From: an uncultured Candidatus Saccharibacteria bacterium
GTDB lineage: Bacteria; Patescibacteriota; Minisyncoccia; UBA6257; UBA9933
Reading direction: 5' to 3'
Assembly (NCBI GenBank): GCA_964642155.1
Contig: CAZXNT010000001.1
Span: 131,238 to 170,226 of the forward strand
DNA: 38,989 nucleotides
Notes under the pieces: model-generated
The model's input: only the letters and a program-made list of their open reading frames with translations
Told to the model about the DNA's origin: nothing
The model's database searches: none
Shown here: in pieces, positions 19,381 through 28,865 of the stretch
How positions within the stretch are numbered: the first letter of the stretch is position 1
Layout: the number at the start of each line of letters is the position of its first letter
Translations under genes and position numbers: made by a program

Positions 19381-19756
19381 ACATCTAAAAAATCTTTTTC
19401 CGCCGCATAAACAGCAAACACAAAGTCATTTCTTCAACCCGCTCACGTCCCGCTTTGCGGGACTGCGCTTCCGTTAAGGTTTCAGAAATAATTTTGTGTT
19501 TGCTGTTTTCTCCTACCCCGACATATTGGCTATAAAAAAGATTTTTCAGATGTAATTAACTAACAACCGAAGCCAGATTTGCCTTGAAGAACATCCCGCA
19601 GCCCCGACGGGCTTGGTCTGACCCCGCTTTGCGGGGGAAGCCGTCGGGGCGAGGGCGAAGAAAATTTTATCGCTGGAATAAAATTATTCTGCTTCTGAAA
19701 GGCAAATCTGGCCGAGGTTGATTTAGATAGAATTGAAGCTGGCGAGAAAAGATTTT
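19381..19756. other. Large double-hairpin non-coding element
   Basis: Perfect 16-bp, 14-bp and 10-bp stems; both arms capped by CCCGC TTT GCGGG. Confidence 0.8.
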
Positions 19757-19794
19757 TCGGGATATAATCATTTTATATTTTCTAGTTTTTTATT

Positions 19795-20343
19795 GTGGAA
19801 GAAAAAGACATAATTGTTTTAGATATTGAAACAAAAAACACTTTTGACGACGTAGGCAAAGATAATTTTGACGCCTTGGAAGTTTCTTTAGTCGGGCTTT
19901 ATTCTTATAATCAAGATAAGTTTTTTGCTTTTGAAGAAAATGAATTAACGACTGCCGGCGAAATGATTAAAAACTCCGGAGTGATTATCGGCTTTAGCAT
20001 CAGCCGTTTTGATTTGCCGGTGCTTCAAAAACATTTCATCAACGATTTTGACATTTTTTCAATTCCGCGCTTTGATATTTTAGACGAAATTGAATTTTCT
20101 CTCGGCAAGCGGGTGAGTTTGGATATTTTAGCGAAAGCCAATTTGGGTTATGGCAAAAATGGCCATAGTTTAGAAGCAGCCGGCTTGTATCATGACGGCA
20201 AAATAGAGGAATTAAAAAATTATTGTTTGAACGACGTAAAAATCACCAAAGATTTATACGAACTCGCCAAAAGGCAAGGATATTTAATGATCCCTCAAAA
20301 AGACAATGAGCCGACAAAATTATCGTTTGATTTTAGTTTGTGA
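19795..20343 (+). CDS. RNase H-like (DEDD-type) exonuclease domain protein
   Basis: LDIET, GF....FDLP, SLD, YCLNDV. Confidence 0.8.
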   Translation: MEEKDIIVLDIETKNTFDDVGKDNFDALEVSLVGLYSYNQDKFFAFEENELTTAGEMIKNSGVIIGFSISRFDLPVLQKHFINDFDIFSIPRFDILDEIEFSLGKRVSLDILAKANLGYGKNGHSLEAAGLYHDGKIEELKNYCLNDVKITKDLYELAKRQGYLMIPQKDNEPTKLSFDFSL

Positions 20344-20455
20344 CGGTTTTTATTATTGTCTACGTGGCTTGACAAAAATATAAAATCAGTGTATTTTTTA
20401 ATTAGTTCTTAAGTCCGTCTTTGGCGGAAAAAACTTTAAATGGAGGTGTTGCGTC

Positions 20456-20911
20456 ATGAGTAAAAGTAAAAAAGACGTGAAGCCGATTAGTGCAAGGAAA
20501 ACGGGAGAGTTGGCAAGATTACTAGAAGAAAGAGGTGTCGGAGATGACATTGTTCGCAGAACAATGATTGAGAATCCAAACGGACTATGCTTTTTCTTAA
20601 GGGGGAAAGCATTGGGAGATTTGTTTGGTAAAACAATTACAATCAAAAAAGAAGATCATTGGGTTATTGAGATTGTCGATGAAAAGATTTTTGGTGTTGC
20701 TTATAATATAGAAGAGTATGCTATGGGGAACATTGTTAGAGTTGGAAATAGGGTGAAGATGAGACAGGTAGACTCCAGTTTTTTAAGTACGGAGGTCACA
20801 GAAATAAAATTTGGCCCATCGGGCGAGCTTCGGACTTTTATAATTGGAGTTGATTTATTAAGAATTGGCAGAACCACTCATTTTTGGAATGTTTTGGAGG
20901 TAATTATTTAA
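20456..20911 (+). CDS. Hypothetical protein
   Basis: 151 aa, GGAGGTG RBS, upstream TTGACA, downstream hairpin. Confidence 0.65.
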   Translation: MSKSKKDVKPISARKTGELARLLEERGVGDDIVRRTMIENPNGLCFFLRGKALGDLFGKTITIKKEDHWVIEIVDEKIFGVAYNIEEYAMGNIVRVGNRVKMRQVDSSFLSTEVTEIKFGPSGELRTFIIGVDLLRIGRTTHFWNVLEVII

Positions 20912-20938
20912 TATAGATTACTTTCAACGAAGACGCAA

Positions 20939-20975
20939 AAAGACTTTGGCTTACAAACCAAGGTCTTTATTTTTT
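20939..20975 (+). terminator. Intrinsic terminator
   Basis: AAAGACTTTGG..CCAAGGTCTTT plus T-rich tail. Confidence 0.6.
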
Positions 20976-20986
20976 ACGCACATTCC

Positions 20987-21211
20987 CGTAAAACGTTGAC
21001 AAAATGTGTAAAACAGTGTGAAACATTGTGGAAAAGTGTTAAACAAAAAGTGTTTAACAGTAAAAGTGTTTTACACTGAAAACGGTCGTTTTTAAAAACC
21101 CGCATAAAATGTGGGTTTTTTGATAGTGGCGTTTTGGAGTGTTGGTTGTTTTACAAAAATAACACATTTTAAAGCAATTTAAAGTATTTTTAATGTAAAT
21201 TTTGTAAAACA
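20987..21211. repeat. Array of TGT-N3-ACA motifs
   Basis: Sites at 21007, 21017, 21037, 21051, 21067, 21146, 21203; 10-bp periodicity over 20987-21046. Confidence 0.75.
21094..21121. terminator. Bidirectional terminator-like hairpin
   Basis: AAAAACCCGCAT AAA ATGTGGGTTTTT. Confidence 0.55.
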
Positions 21212-21241
21212 GCAAACACTTTATTCGGCTAAAAGTCTTTA

Positions 21242-21745
21242 CTATTCTTTAAATTTTTCTGTAAATTTAGGTAATTTGTCGTACATTCCCCACTTATAAA
21301 GACGATATAATGATTTAAATCTATCAGAAACATCCGGATCGTTACCGATTTTTTCAAGCCAATTTATGAATTGCACACCTTTATGACCTTTTAGTTTCTT
21401 ATAAAAAAGTGGAATTATAATATCTTTAAGTTGATCAAATTCTCTTACTACAAGTACAACAGCATTTCCTCTATTGTATCCGTCTTTATTTGATGGGGTC
21501 CGGATATATAAAGAGTTTTTTAATTTTAAAGTGTTTCGCATCATTCTCAATAGTTCTTCATCTCTTTCGTGCATAGCAATAACAAATGCCGGCACCACCC
21601 TTTTCTTTTTAATATTTAATTTTTTACTAATATTATTTGTATAAAAAGTAAAACACCCTTCTCCTTCAACTAATCCGCGAATATATTCATAGCTTAATTT
21701 ATGGGAATTTTGTTTATCTTGTTGGTTGTGAAACTTTTGTTCCAT
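21242..21745 (-). CDS. Single-motif LAGLIDADG endonuclease-like protein
   Basis: YIRGLVEGEGCF, F.I.M..RD..LL, IIPLF..LKG.K..QF..W. Confidence 0.85.
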   Translation of the reverse strand: MEQKFHNQQDKQNSHKLSYEYIRGLVEGEGCFTFYTNNISKKLNIKKKRVVPAFVIAMHERDEELLRMMRNTLKLKNSLYIRTPSNKDGYNRGNAVVLVVREFDQLKDIIIPLFYKKLKGHKGVQFINWLEKIGNDPDVSDRFKSLYRLYKWGMYDKLPKFTEKFKE

Positions 21746-21791
21746 CTAAATTTATTGTGTTTAGGCAACACATTATTTATAATTATATCAC

Positions 21792-22232
21792 ATGACTTAC
21801 CGAACTCAACTTGGTCAATTAGGCGAAAATATCGCCCTTGAATATCTTGTGGATAACAAATATAAGATTATTGAGCGCAATTTTAGGCAAAAATGGGGAG
21901 AAATAGATATAATAGCCAAAGCGCCGGACAAAACACTGGTGTTTGTGGAAGTAAAAACCGTTCGCGATGTGGAAAAATTACACTCGGAAAACGATAAACA
22001 ATCCAATGTTTGCCAAATTTCAGCCGAAGACCAGCTGACTGGCGCCAAACTCACAAAACTCCAAAGAACAGCGTCTTTATACGCCAATCACAATTCGGAA
22101 ATGGTTAATGATGAAAAAGGGTGGCGGATTGATTTAATCGCCATTACGATTAAGGGAGCTCTCCCCGAGCCTGCCGAACCATTGACAATCTCTAATAAAG
22201 ATTATGTAATAAAACATTACGAAAATATCTAA
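21792..22232 (+). CDS. YraN (UPF0102) family protein
   Basis: G..GE..A..YL, ERNFR..WGEIDII, FVEVK, RIDLIAI. Confidence 0.9.
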   Translation: MTYRTQLGQLGENIALEYLVDNKYKIIERNFRQKWGEIDIIAKAPDKTLVFVEVKTVRDVEKLHSENDKQSNVCQISAEDQLTGAKLTKLQRTASLYANHNSEMVNDEKGWRIDLIAITIKGALPEPAEPLTISNKDYVIKHYENI

Positions 22233-22252
22233 ATCTATGTTAAAATTTTAAA

Positions 22253-23209
22253 ATGAATATTATTAATGGTAAACAAATATCTCAAAAAATTATTGATGAA
22301 TTAAAATCGCGGCCAAAGCCGGATAAAATTTTTGCGGCGGTTTTGGTTGGCGACCCTTCGGCAAGGACTTCGAGTGAGCCTCAGTCGAACTCCTCAGGGC
22401 AAGCAAGCTTGAGTTTTTTAAAACAAAAAGAAAAAGTTGCCAAAGAGCTCGGCATTGATTTTCGGATTTACAAATTTCAAGAGCCGGTTGGCGGATTCAC
22501 CAACGATTTTTTACGGAAAGAAGTCGGCAAAATCGCTTTATTGAAAAGAGTCGGCGGAGTGATTATCCAATTGCCCTTGCCGGAGCAGATTAATCGCCAG
22601 TATGTTTTAAACGTTATTCCGCGCGAAAAAGATGTTGATGTTTTAGGGGAGCGTGCCCTCGGAGCGTTTTGTGTTGGTCGCAATCCGGTTTTACCCCCGC
22701 CAGTCGAAGTCGTAAAAGAAATAATTGAAAATTGTAAACCCCGACGCCGAAGGATCGGGGAGCCGATTGAAGCATCGGCTTTAAAAATTGAAAATTTGCG
22801 CATAGCCGTTGTGGGCGCGGGATTTTTAATCGGCAAACCGATTGCGGTTTGGCTGATGGATAAAGTTTGGGAATTAAAAATTTTTAAAAGGGGCAGTGAT
22901 TTATCAGAATTAAAAAATTATGATTTAATTATTAGCGGAACAGGCGTTGCGGGTTTAATAAAGCCGGAGATGTTAAAACAAGGCGCGGGGATAATCGATT
23001 TCGGATATTCAATTAATGAAATCGGAAAAATTAGCGGCGATTTTGACACAAGCAATCTACAATCTACAAACTATGTCCCTACGGGACATCTCTCGAAGGG
23101 AGACAATCTACAACCCGGTTTTTACACGCCCACTCCTAATGGCACGGGTCCGATATTGGTGGCAAAAATTTTTGAGAATTTTTATAAATTAAATTCAGGC
23201 GAGTTATAA
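22253..23209 (+). CDS. folD: Methylenetetrahydrofolate dehydrogenase/cyclohydrolase with three repeat-derived inserts
   Basis: IINGK, VLVGD, IQLPLP, EKDVD, GKP, TPTPNGTGP. Confidence 0.9.
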   Translation: MNIINGKQISQKIIDELKSRPKPDKIFAAVLVGDPSARTSSEPQSNSSGQASLSFLKQKEKVAKELGIDFRIYKFQEPVGGFTNDFLRKEVGKIALLKRVGGVIIQLPLPEQINRQYVLNVIPREKDVDVLGERALGAFCVGRNPVLPPPVEVVKEIIENCKPRRRRIGEPIEASALKIENLRIAVVGAGFLIGKPIAVWLMDKVWELKIFKRGSDLSELKNYDLIISGTGVAGLIKPEMLKQGAGIIDFGYSINEIGKISGDFDTSNLQSTNYVPTGHLSKGDNLQPGFYTPTPNGTGPILVAKIFENFYKLNSGEL

Positions 23210-23216
23210 ATTTATC

Positions 23217-23254
23217 TATTACATTTCAACTGCGATAGCAGTTGAAATGTAATA
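23217..23254 (+). repeat. 38-bp GATA-loop palindrome, copy 1
   Basis: TATTACATTTCAACTGC GATA GCAGTTGAAATGTAATA, perfect 17-bp arms. Confidence 0.9.
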
Positions 23255-23262
23255 ATCAGATA

Positions 23263-23610
23263 ATGAAAAAAATTAAAAACAGCTTCAAATACGCCATAAA
23301 CGGGTTAAGAGAAACACTTATTTTTGAGAGGAACTTTAAGGTGATGCTGTTGTTCGCTCTTATCGCGGTTTTTTTGATGTTTTATTTTCCAACTAGCCGG
23401 ACGGAAAAAGCCGTGATTGCCACCGCGATTTTTGCGGTGCTGACTCTGGAATTAGTAAACATAGTCATTGAAAGATTGCTGGATTTTATTCAGCCAAAAC
23501 ATGATGAAAAGGTCAGAATTATCAAAGACTTGATGGCGGCGATTGTTTTATTGGCGAGCTTGGGCGTCGTTGTTATCGGCTTAATCGTTTTTTGGCCCCA
23601 TATTTTTTAA
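23263..23610 (+). CDS. dgkA: Diacylglycerol/undecaprenol kinase
   Basis: SFKYAINGL..ERNF, ELVN..IE..LD, IKD..AA. Confidence 0.88.
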   Translation: MKKIKNSFKYAINGLRETLIFERNFKVMLLFALIAVFLMFYFPTSRTEKAVIATAIFAVLTLELVNIVIERLLDFIQPKHDEKVRIIKDLMAAIVLLASLGVVVIGLIVFWPHIF

Positions 23611-24515
23611 TGATTTTTTAAAAGATTTATTAATTCTTTTTGTCTTTCTTTTAAAATTTTTTGGTTTTCGGCTTCTATGTTTAATCTTATTAATGGTTCG
23701 GTGTTTGATGGCTGAATATTAAACCACCAACCAGAAAATTCCATAGTTAAGCCGTCCAGTCGCGAGATTTTTGCCGCGCTTTTTTTATATTTATTTTCGA
23801 TTTTATTCAATAAAAATTCATAATTCTTAATTCCAGATTCATTATTCATTCTAATATTGATCTCCCTGCTTCTGTAATATTGCGGCAATAAATTTAGATA
23901 ATCAGAAAATTTATAAGGTAGTTTTGAGACAGCATTAATAATTTCTATGGCTGATAAAATTCCCGAATCAAGGTTGAAAAATTCTTTAAAATAATAATGC
24001 CCAGACCTTTCACATCCGAAATCAGCATGAGTTCTTTTTATGGTTTTTTTTATAAAATAACTGCCGTTTTGAGATTTTATAGTTTTATATTTTTTATTTG
24101 CTCGTATTAATAAGCTGGTTGTTTCATTAACAACAATTTTTTTTGGTTTTAAGTGCCAAATCAATAAATTAGCAATGGCGTCTGGATCGGCCAATCGGCC
24201 CTTATTATCAATAAAAAGCGCCCTGTCTCCGTCAGCGTCAAAAATTATTCCCAAATCCGCTTTTTGTCGCAAAACTTCTTTTTTAAGCTGATTCATTGCG
24301 CCTTCTACCCAAGGATTCGGCCCGTGAGCCGGAAAATTGCCGTCGGGAGTTGAATTGATTAGTTTAAAAGTTTTAAAGTTTAAAAGTTTAAAAAGATTTT
24401 TTAAAATCAACCCCGTTGTTCCGTTTGAACAGTCAAGAACCACCTTAAGAGGCTTCACCGGACTTAAAAATTTTTTCAAAAAATTGGCATATATTTTTAT
24501 AAAATTTTTATTCAT
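23607..24515 (-). CDS. Phosphomannomutase/phosphoglucomutase, domains II-IV (split gene)
   Basis: DCSNG, PDGNFP, FDADGDR, ERSGH, SNTEPLIR. Confidence 0.85.
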   Translation of the reverse strand: MNKNFIKIYANFLKKFLSPVKPLKVVLDCSNGTTGLILKNLFKLLNFKTFKLINSTPDGNFPAHGPNPWVEGAMNQLKKEVLRQKADLGIIFDADGDRALFIDNKGRLADPDAIANLLIWHLKPKKIVVNETTSLLIRANKKYKTIKSQNGSYFIKKTIKRTHADFGCERSGHYYFKEFFNLDSGILSAIEIINAVSKLPYKFSDYLNLLPQYYRSREINIRMNNESGIKNYEFLLNKIENKYKKSAAKISRLDGLTMEFSGWWFNIQPSNTEPLIRLNIEAENQKILKERQKELINLLKNH

Positions 24516-24516
24516 T

Positions 24517-24927
24517 TTATTTTATTACATTACGTCTGCTATCGCAGATGTAATGTAATATTTCTTTTCCGCTTATCGGGACGGCGTTTTTGCCGACGAT
24601 TTTAAAGCCATTGTGTTCTTTGGGATTGTGCGAAGCGGTAATCATTATTCCCAAGTCGGCTTTAAAATAATTAACTAAAAAATAAAACATTGGAGTGGTG
24701 GAAAGGCCAATGGGAATAATTTTCAATTTTAAATTTTCAATTTTAAATTGTTTTATTACTGCGCGATAAAGTTTTGGTGAACTTAAACGAGCGTCATGGC
24801 CGATGACAACGGTTTTTGGTTTAATATTTTTTATCAGCGCCGCAATAATATCCGGAACGATTTTTTCGTTTATTTCTTCGGGATATTTTCCGCGAATATC
24901 ATAGGCCTTAAAAATATTATGATTCAT
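24517..24927 (-). CDS. Phosphomannomutase/phosphoglucomutase, domain I (split gene)
   Basis: IFKAYDIRG, GHDARLSS, TPM, ITASHNP. Confidence 0.85.
   Translation of the reverse strand: MNHNIFKAYDIRGKYPEEINEKIVPDIIAALIKNIKPKTVVIGHDARLSSPKLYRAVIKQFKIENLKLKIIPIGLSTTPMFYFLVNYFKADLGIMITASHNPKEHNGFKIVGKNAVPISGKEILHYICDSRRNVIK
24523..24560 (-). repeat. 38-bp GATA-loop palindrome, copy 2
   Basis: Minus strand TATTACATTACATCTGC GATA GCAGACGTAATGTAATA, 16/17 paired. Confidence 0.9.
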
Positions 24928-24934
24928 TTTTGAA

Positions 24935-26128
24935 TTATAGCAGATTAAAGATTTTTTTAATAATTTTAAGCGCGTTGTTTATTTCTTCTCTTGTCGTGAA
25001 TTTTCCCAAACTAAATCGCAAACTGCTTTTGATTTTTTTATCGCTTAATCCGATGGCTTTGAGGACGTGCGACGGTTTAGTTACGCGCGCCGAGCAAGCG
25101 GAACCGCTTGAAACCGCGATGCCGTTTAAGTCCAGCTCCATCAATAAATCTTGCGTGTTTTGATTGGGGAAATAAATATTTAGAATGTTTGGCAGTTTGT
25201 TGCCTAATGCTCCATTTATCTTCGCGTCAGGATAATTTTTTTTAATTTCTTTCCAAAAATAACCAGTCAATTCAAAAATTCGTTTTGTTTCTTTTCCGCG
25301 ATTTTGAACAGCTAATTCAACGGCTTTTGTAAAGCCGACGATTCCAGCGACATTTTCAGTGCCCGAGCGCAATCCGAATTCCTGACCGCCGCCGGTGGTA
25401 TTAGATTGTAGATTGTAGATTGTAGATTGTAGATTGCGATACAACATTCCAACACCTTTTGGGCCGTAAATTTTATGCGCTGACAAAGTCATTAAATCAA
25501 CGCCAAGTTTATTAACATCGCAATCCAAAAATTGAAAGGCCTGAACGGCGTCAGTGTGGAGCAACGGCAAAGCCGTTGCTAATTCAGAATTGTTTTTTCT
25601 TAATTCTGCATTCTGCATTTTAAATTCAGAAATCAGCTTGCTGATTTCTGTGATTGGCTGGATTGTGCCGATTTCATTATTGGCATACATAATAGAAACC
25701 AAAACAGTTCGCTCATTAAGCGATTCTTTTAATTTTTTTAAATTAACAATCCCCTGTTTATTGACCGGTAAATAAATTATTTCAATCCCTTCGCGTTCTA
25801 AGTCCCGGCAAGTTTCTAAAATAGAATCATGTTCAATTGAAGAAACAATAATGCGAGGATTTGGGATTTTAAATCTTTTAACAGCGCCGCGCAAGGCCAA
25901 GTTATTCGCTTCGGTCGCCGACCCGGTAAAAATTATTTCTCGAAAATCCGCGCCAATGGCTTTGGCGATTTTTTCTCGCGATTCGTCAACCGCTGCCATG
26001 GCTTCCTGCCCAAAAAAATGGAGCGAGCCGGGATTGCCGAATTTGTCGGAAAAATAAGGAGCCATCGCTTTTTTTACCAAGGGGTCCATCGGCGTTGTTG
26101 CCGCGTAATCAAGATATATCTTCTTCAT
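24935..26128 (-). CDS. iscS: Cysteine desulfurase, IscS/NifS family
   Basis: YLDYAATTP, GNPGS, SATEANN, HTDAVQ, SAHKIYGPKG, SSGSACS. Confidence 0.92.
   Translation of the reverse strand: MKKIYLDYAATTPMDPLVKKAMAPYFSDKFGNPGSLHFFGQEAMAAVDESREKIAKAIGADFREIIFTGSATEANNLALRGAVKRFKIPNPRIIVSSIEHDSILETCRDLEREGIEIIYLPVNKQGIVNLKKLKESLNERTVLVSIMYANNEIGTIQPITEISKLISEFKMQNAELRKNNSELATALPLLHTDAVQAFQFLDCDVNKLGVDLMTLSAHKIYGPKGVGMLYRNLQSTIYNLQSNTTGGGQEFGLRSGTENVAGIVGFTKAVELAVQNRGKETKRIFELTGYFWKEIKKNYPDAKINGALGNKLPNILNIYFPNQNTQDLLMELDLNGIAVSSGSACSARVTKPSHVLKAIGLSDKKIKSSLRFSLGKFTTREEINNALKIIKKIFNLL
25402..25436. repeat. (TAGATTG)x5 tandem repeat inside iscS
   Basis: Five perfect 7-mers, translated NLQSTIYNLQS. 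Confidence 0.95.
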
Positions 26129-26228
26129 TGATAAAAGATTATCACAAAAGCCGGAAAGATTAAAAGCTGATAAGTTGAGTTGTTATACAGGGTTGAAAAT
26201 TGTTTAGGCTCGGTTATAATGCCGGTAT

Positions 26229-28865
26229 ATGCAAATGCATCGTTTTACAATTAAAACCCAGGAGGCGTTGCAAAATGCCCAGGATATCGCGGCCCGAGAA
26301 AACCACGGGGAGCTTAAAATTATCCATCTTTTAATTTCTTTACTTTCAGACGAGAGTTCATTAGTGAGGCCGTTAATGATAAAAGCCGGAATAAATCTGG
26401 ATTCTTTGAGCCGGGTGCTTCAGGAAGAATTAAAAAAACAGCCGAAAATTTTCGGCTCAGCCAACATTGCCCAGCTTTATCTTTCTCAGGAATTGATGGC
26501 TGCATTAGATAAAGCCGCGAAAATCGCGACTGTTCAGAAAGACGAATATATTTCTTGTGAACATTTGCTTTTGGCAATTTTAGAAAGCGCTTCAGCGCCG
26601 GCCGCAATTTTGGAAAATTTCGGATTAAGGCGGGAAAATACTTTAAGAATTTTGGCGCAGTTGCGCGGTTCCATGAGAATTACCGATGAAATGCCGGAGA
26701 GCAAATTTCAGGTTTTGGAAAAATACGCCGTTAATCTTACGGAACGCGCGCGTAAAGGCGAGCTTGACCCCGTAATCGGCCGCGATGAAGAACTTAGGAG
26801 GCTTATTCAAATTTTGAGTCGCCGGACAAAAAATAATCCGGTTTTAATCGGCGAACCCGGCGTCGGGAAAACGGCGGTTGTGGAAGGTTTGGCGCAGAGA
26901 ATTATTTCGGGTGATATCCCCGAGCCGTTAAAGGGAAAAGAAATCGTGATGCTTGACCTTGGTTCGCTTATTGCCGGAACAAAATTTCGCGGTGAATTTG
27001 AAGACCGCTTAAAGGCTTTTATTAAAGAAATTCAGCAATCAGCCGGCAAGATTATTCTTTTTATAGACGAGATCCATATGATTGTCGGAGCCGGGGCTGC
27101 CGAAGGCACGGTTGACGCTTCTAATTTATTGAAGCCGGCGTTGGCGCGCGGCGAACTTCGGGCAATCGGCGCCACAACTATAAGAGAGTATCAGCGTTAT
27201 ATTGAAAAAGACGCGGCCTTGGAACGTCGTTTCTCCCCGATTATGGTCAATGAACCGTCCATTGAAGACAGTATTTCCATTTTGCGCGGACTTAAAGAAA
27301 AATATGAAAGCCATCACGGTTTGCGAATCAGCGACGAAGCAATTGTCGCGGCGGTTAATCTTTCCACCCGTTATATCAGCGACAGGTTTTTGCCGGATAA
27401 AGCCATTGATTTAATTGATGAAGCCGGAGCTGGCAGACGTTTGGAAAGCGAAAGCTTGCCTCGGGAAATTGATAAATTAAGGAGAGAAATTACCAGTTTA
27501 GAAATTGAGAAATCCGCCATCATCAATGAAAAGAACAACGACGCGAAATTAAAAGGACGATTGAAAAAATTGGAAAAAGAATTGATTAATTTAAAAGAAA
27601 AAAACGACGAGCTTTCGGGAAAATGGCAGGGCGAGAAAATGACGTTTGAAAATTTCAGAAATTTGCGGAAAAGAATTGAAGATTTTCGTCGTGAAGCCGA
27701 ATTGGCGGAACGCGAAGGCAATCTGGAAAAAGTGGCGAAAATAATTTACGGAGAATTGCCTCAGGCGGAAAAAGAATATAAGGCATTTGAAAAAAATTAC
27801 GTCAATAAAAATCAACCCCAGAACAAATTTTTTATCAAAGAAGCCGTTGGCGAAGAAGATATTGCCGCGGTTGTTTCGCGCTGGACCGGAATTCCGGTTG
27901 ATAAAATGCTTCAATCCGAAGGAGATAAGCTTTTAAAAATTGAAGATGTTCTTTCTCAAAGAGTGATTGGCCAAAAAGACGCGATTAAGGCGATTGCCAA
28001 TGCTTTGCGCCGGGCGCGAACCGGACTGGCTTCGGAAGACAGGCCGTTGGGTTCATTTATGTTTTTAGGCCCCACGGGAGTCGGCAAAACGGAATTAGTA
28101 AGGGCTTTGGCGGAATTTATGTTTAATGATGAAAAAGCGCTTGTGAGAATAGATATGTCTGAATATATGGAACGGCACAGCGTGAGCCGGCTTATCGGTT
28201 CTCCGCCGGGATACGTTGGCCACGAAGAAGGGGGTCAATTAACTGAAATAGTGAGGCATCGGCCGTACAGCTTGATTCTTTTTGACGAAATAGAAAAAGC
28301 TCATCCGGAAGTTTTCAATCTTTTGCTTCAGGTTTTGGACAATGGACGGCTCACCGACGGCAAGGGGAAAATGGTTAATTTTAAAAATTCCATAATTATT
28401 TTGACTTCCAATGTCGGCAGCGAATATTTTAAGGAAATTTCGCGATTTGGTTTTGAAACAGAAGCGGCGGATAAAAAACTTAATGCTGAAGAAAATGTTT
28501 TCAAGGACCGCGTAAAAGAAGAATTGAAAAATACTTTCCGTCCGGAATTTCTCAACCGGCTTGATGAAATTATTATTTTTAATTCGTTAACTAAGGCGGA
28601 AATCAAGGAAATTGTCGCGCTGCAAATCAACGAACTTAAAGAAAGGCTTGAAAAGCGCGGATTAAAAATCAGCGTTGATGCTTCTTTGGAAAAACATATT
28701 ATTGACACCGGCTTTGACTCGGAATACGGCGCCCGGCCGATTAAAAGAGCGATTCAAAAAATAATTCTTGACGAATTGGCGAATAAAATTATCAAGGGCG
28801 AACTTAAAAATGCTAAAAAAATTAAACTCGGCTTCAAAGAATCCGGCGTTACAATCGGCGCTTAG
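26229..28865 (+). CDS. clpB: ATP-dependent chaperone ClpB
   Basis: Two AAA+ modules ([16 protein letters not shown]), long coiled-coil M domain, PPGYVG, GARP. Confidence 0.95.
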   Translation: MQMHRFTIKTQEALQNAQDIAARENHGELKIIHLLISLLSDESSLVRPLMIKAGINLDSLSRVLQEELKKQPKIFGSANIAQLYLSQELMAALDKAAKIATVQKDEYISCEHLLLAILESASAPAAILENFGLRRENTLRILAQLRGSMRITDEMPESKFQVLEKYAVNLTERARKGELDPVIGRDEELRRLIQILSRRTKNNPVLIGEPGVGKTAVVEGLAQRIISGDIPEPLKGKEIVMLDLGSLIAGTKFRGEFEDRLKAFIKEIQQSAGKIILFIDEIHMIVGAGAAEGTVDASNLLKPALARGELRAIGATTIREYQRYIEKDAALERRFSPIMVNEPSIEDSISILRGLKEKYESHHGLRISDEAIVAAVNLSTRYISDRFLPDKAIDLIDEAGAGRRLESESLPREIDKLRREITSLEIEKSAIINEKNNDAKLKGRLKKLEKELINLKEKNDELSGKWQGEKMTFENFRNLRKRIEDFRREAELAEREGNLEKVAKIIYGELPQAEKEYKAFEKNYVNKNQPQNKFFIKEAVGEEDIAAVVSRWTGIPVDKMLQSEGDKLLKIEDVLSQRVIGQKDAIKAIANALRRARTGLASEDRPLGSFMFLGPTGVGKTELVRALAEFMFNDEKALVRIDMSEYMERHSVSRLIGSPPGYVGHEEGGQLTEIVRHRPYSLILFDEIEKAHPEVFNLLLQVLDNGRLTDGKGKMVNFKNSIIILTSNVGSEYFKEISRFGFETEAADKKLNAEENVFKDRVKEELKNTFRPEFLNRLDEIIIFNSLTKAEIKEIVALQINELKERLEKRGLKISVDASLEKHIIDTGFDSEYGARPIKRAIQKIILDELANKIIKGELKNAKKIKLGFKESGVTIGA

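Noticed and set aside
19381-19756. tRNA, tmRNA, RNase P or SRP RNA
   Set aside because: No cloverleaf/T-loop or signature motifs recognised by eye
21007-21075. Canonical parS site
   Set aside because: Only a GTGAAACA half-site; no TGTTTCACGTGAAACA palindrome
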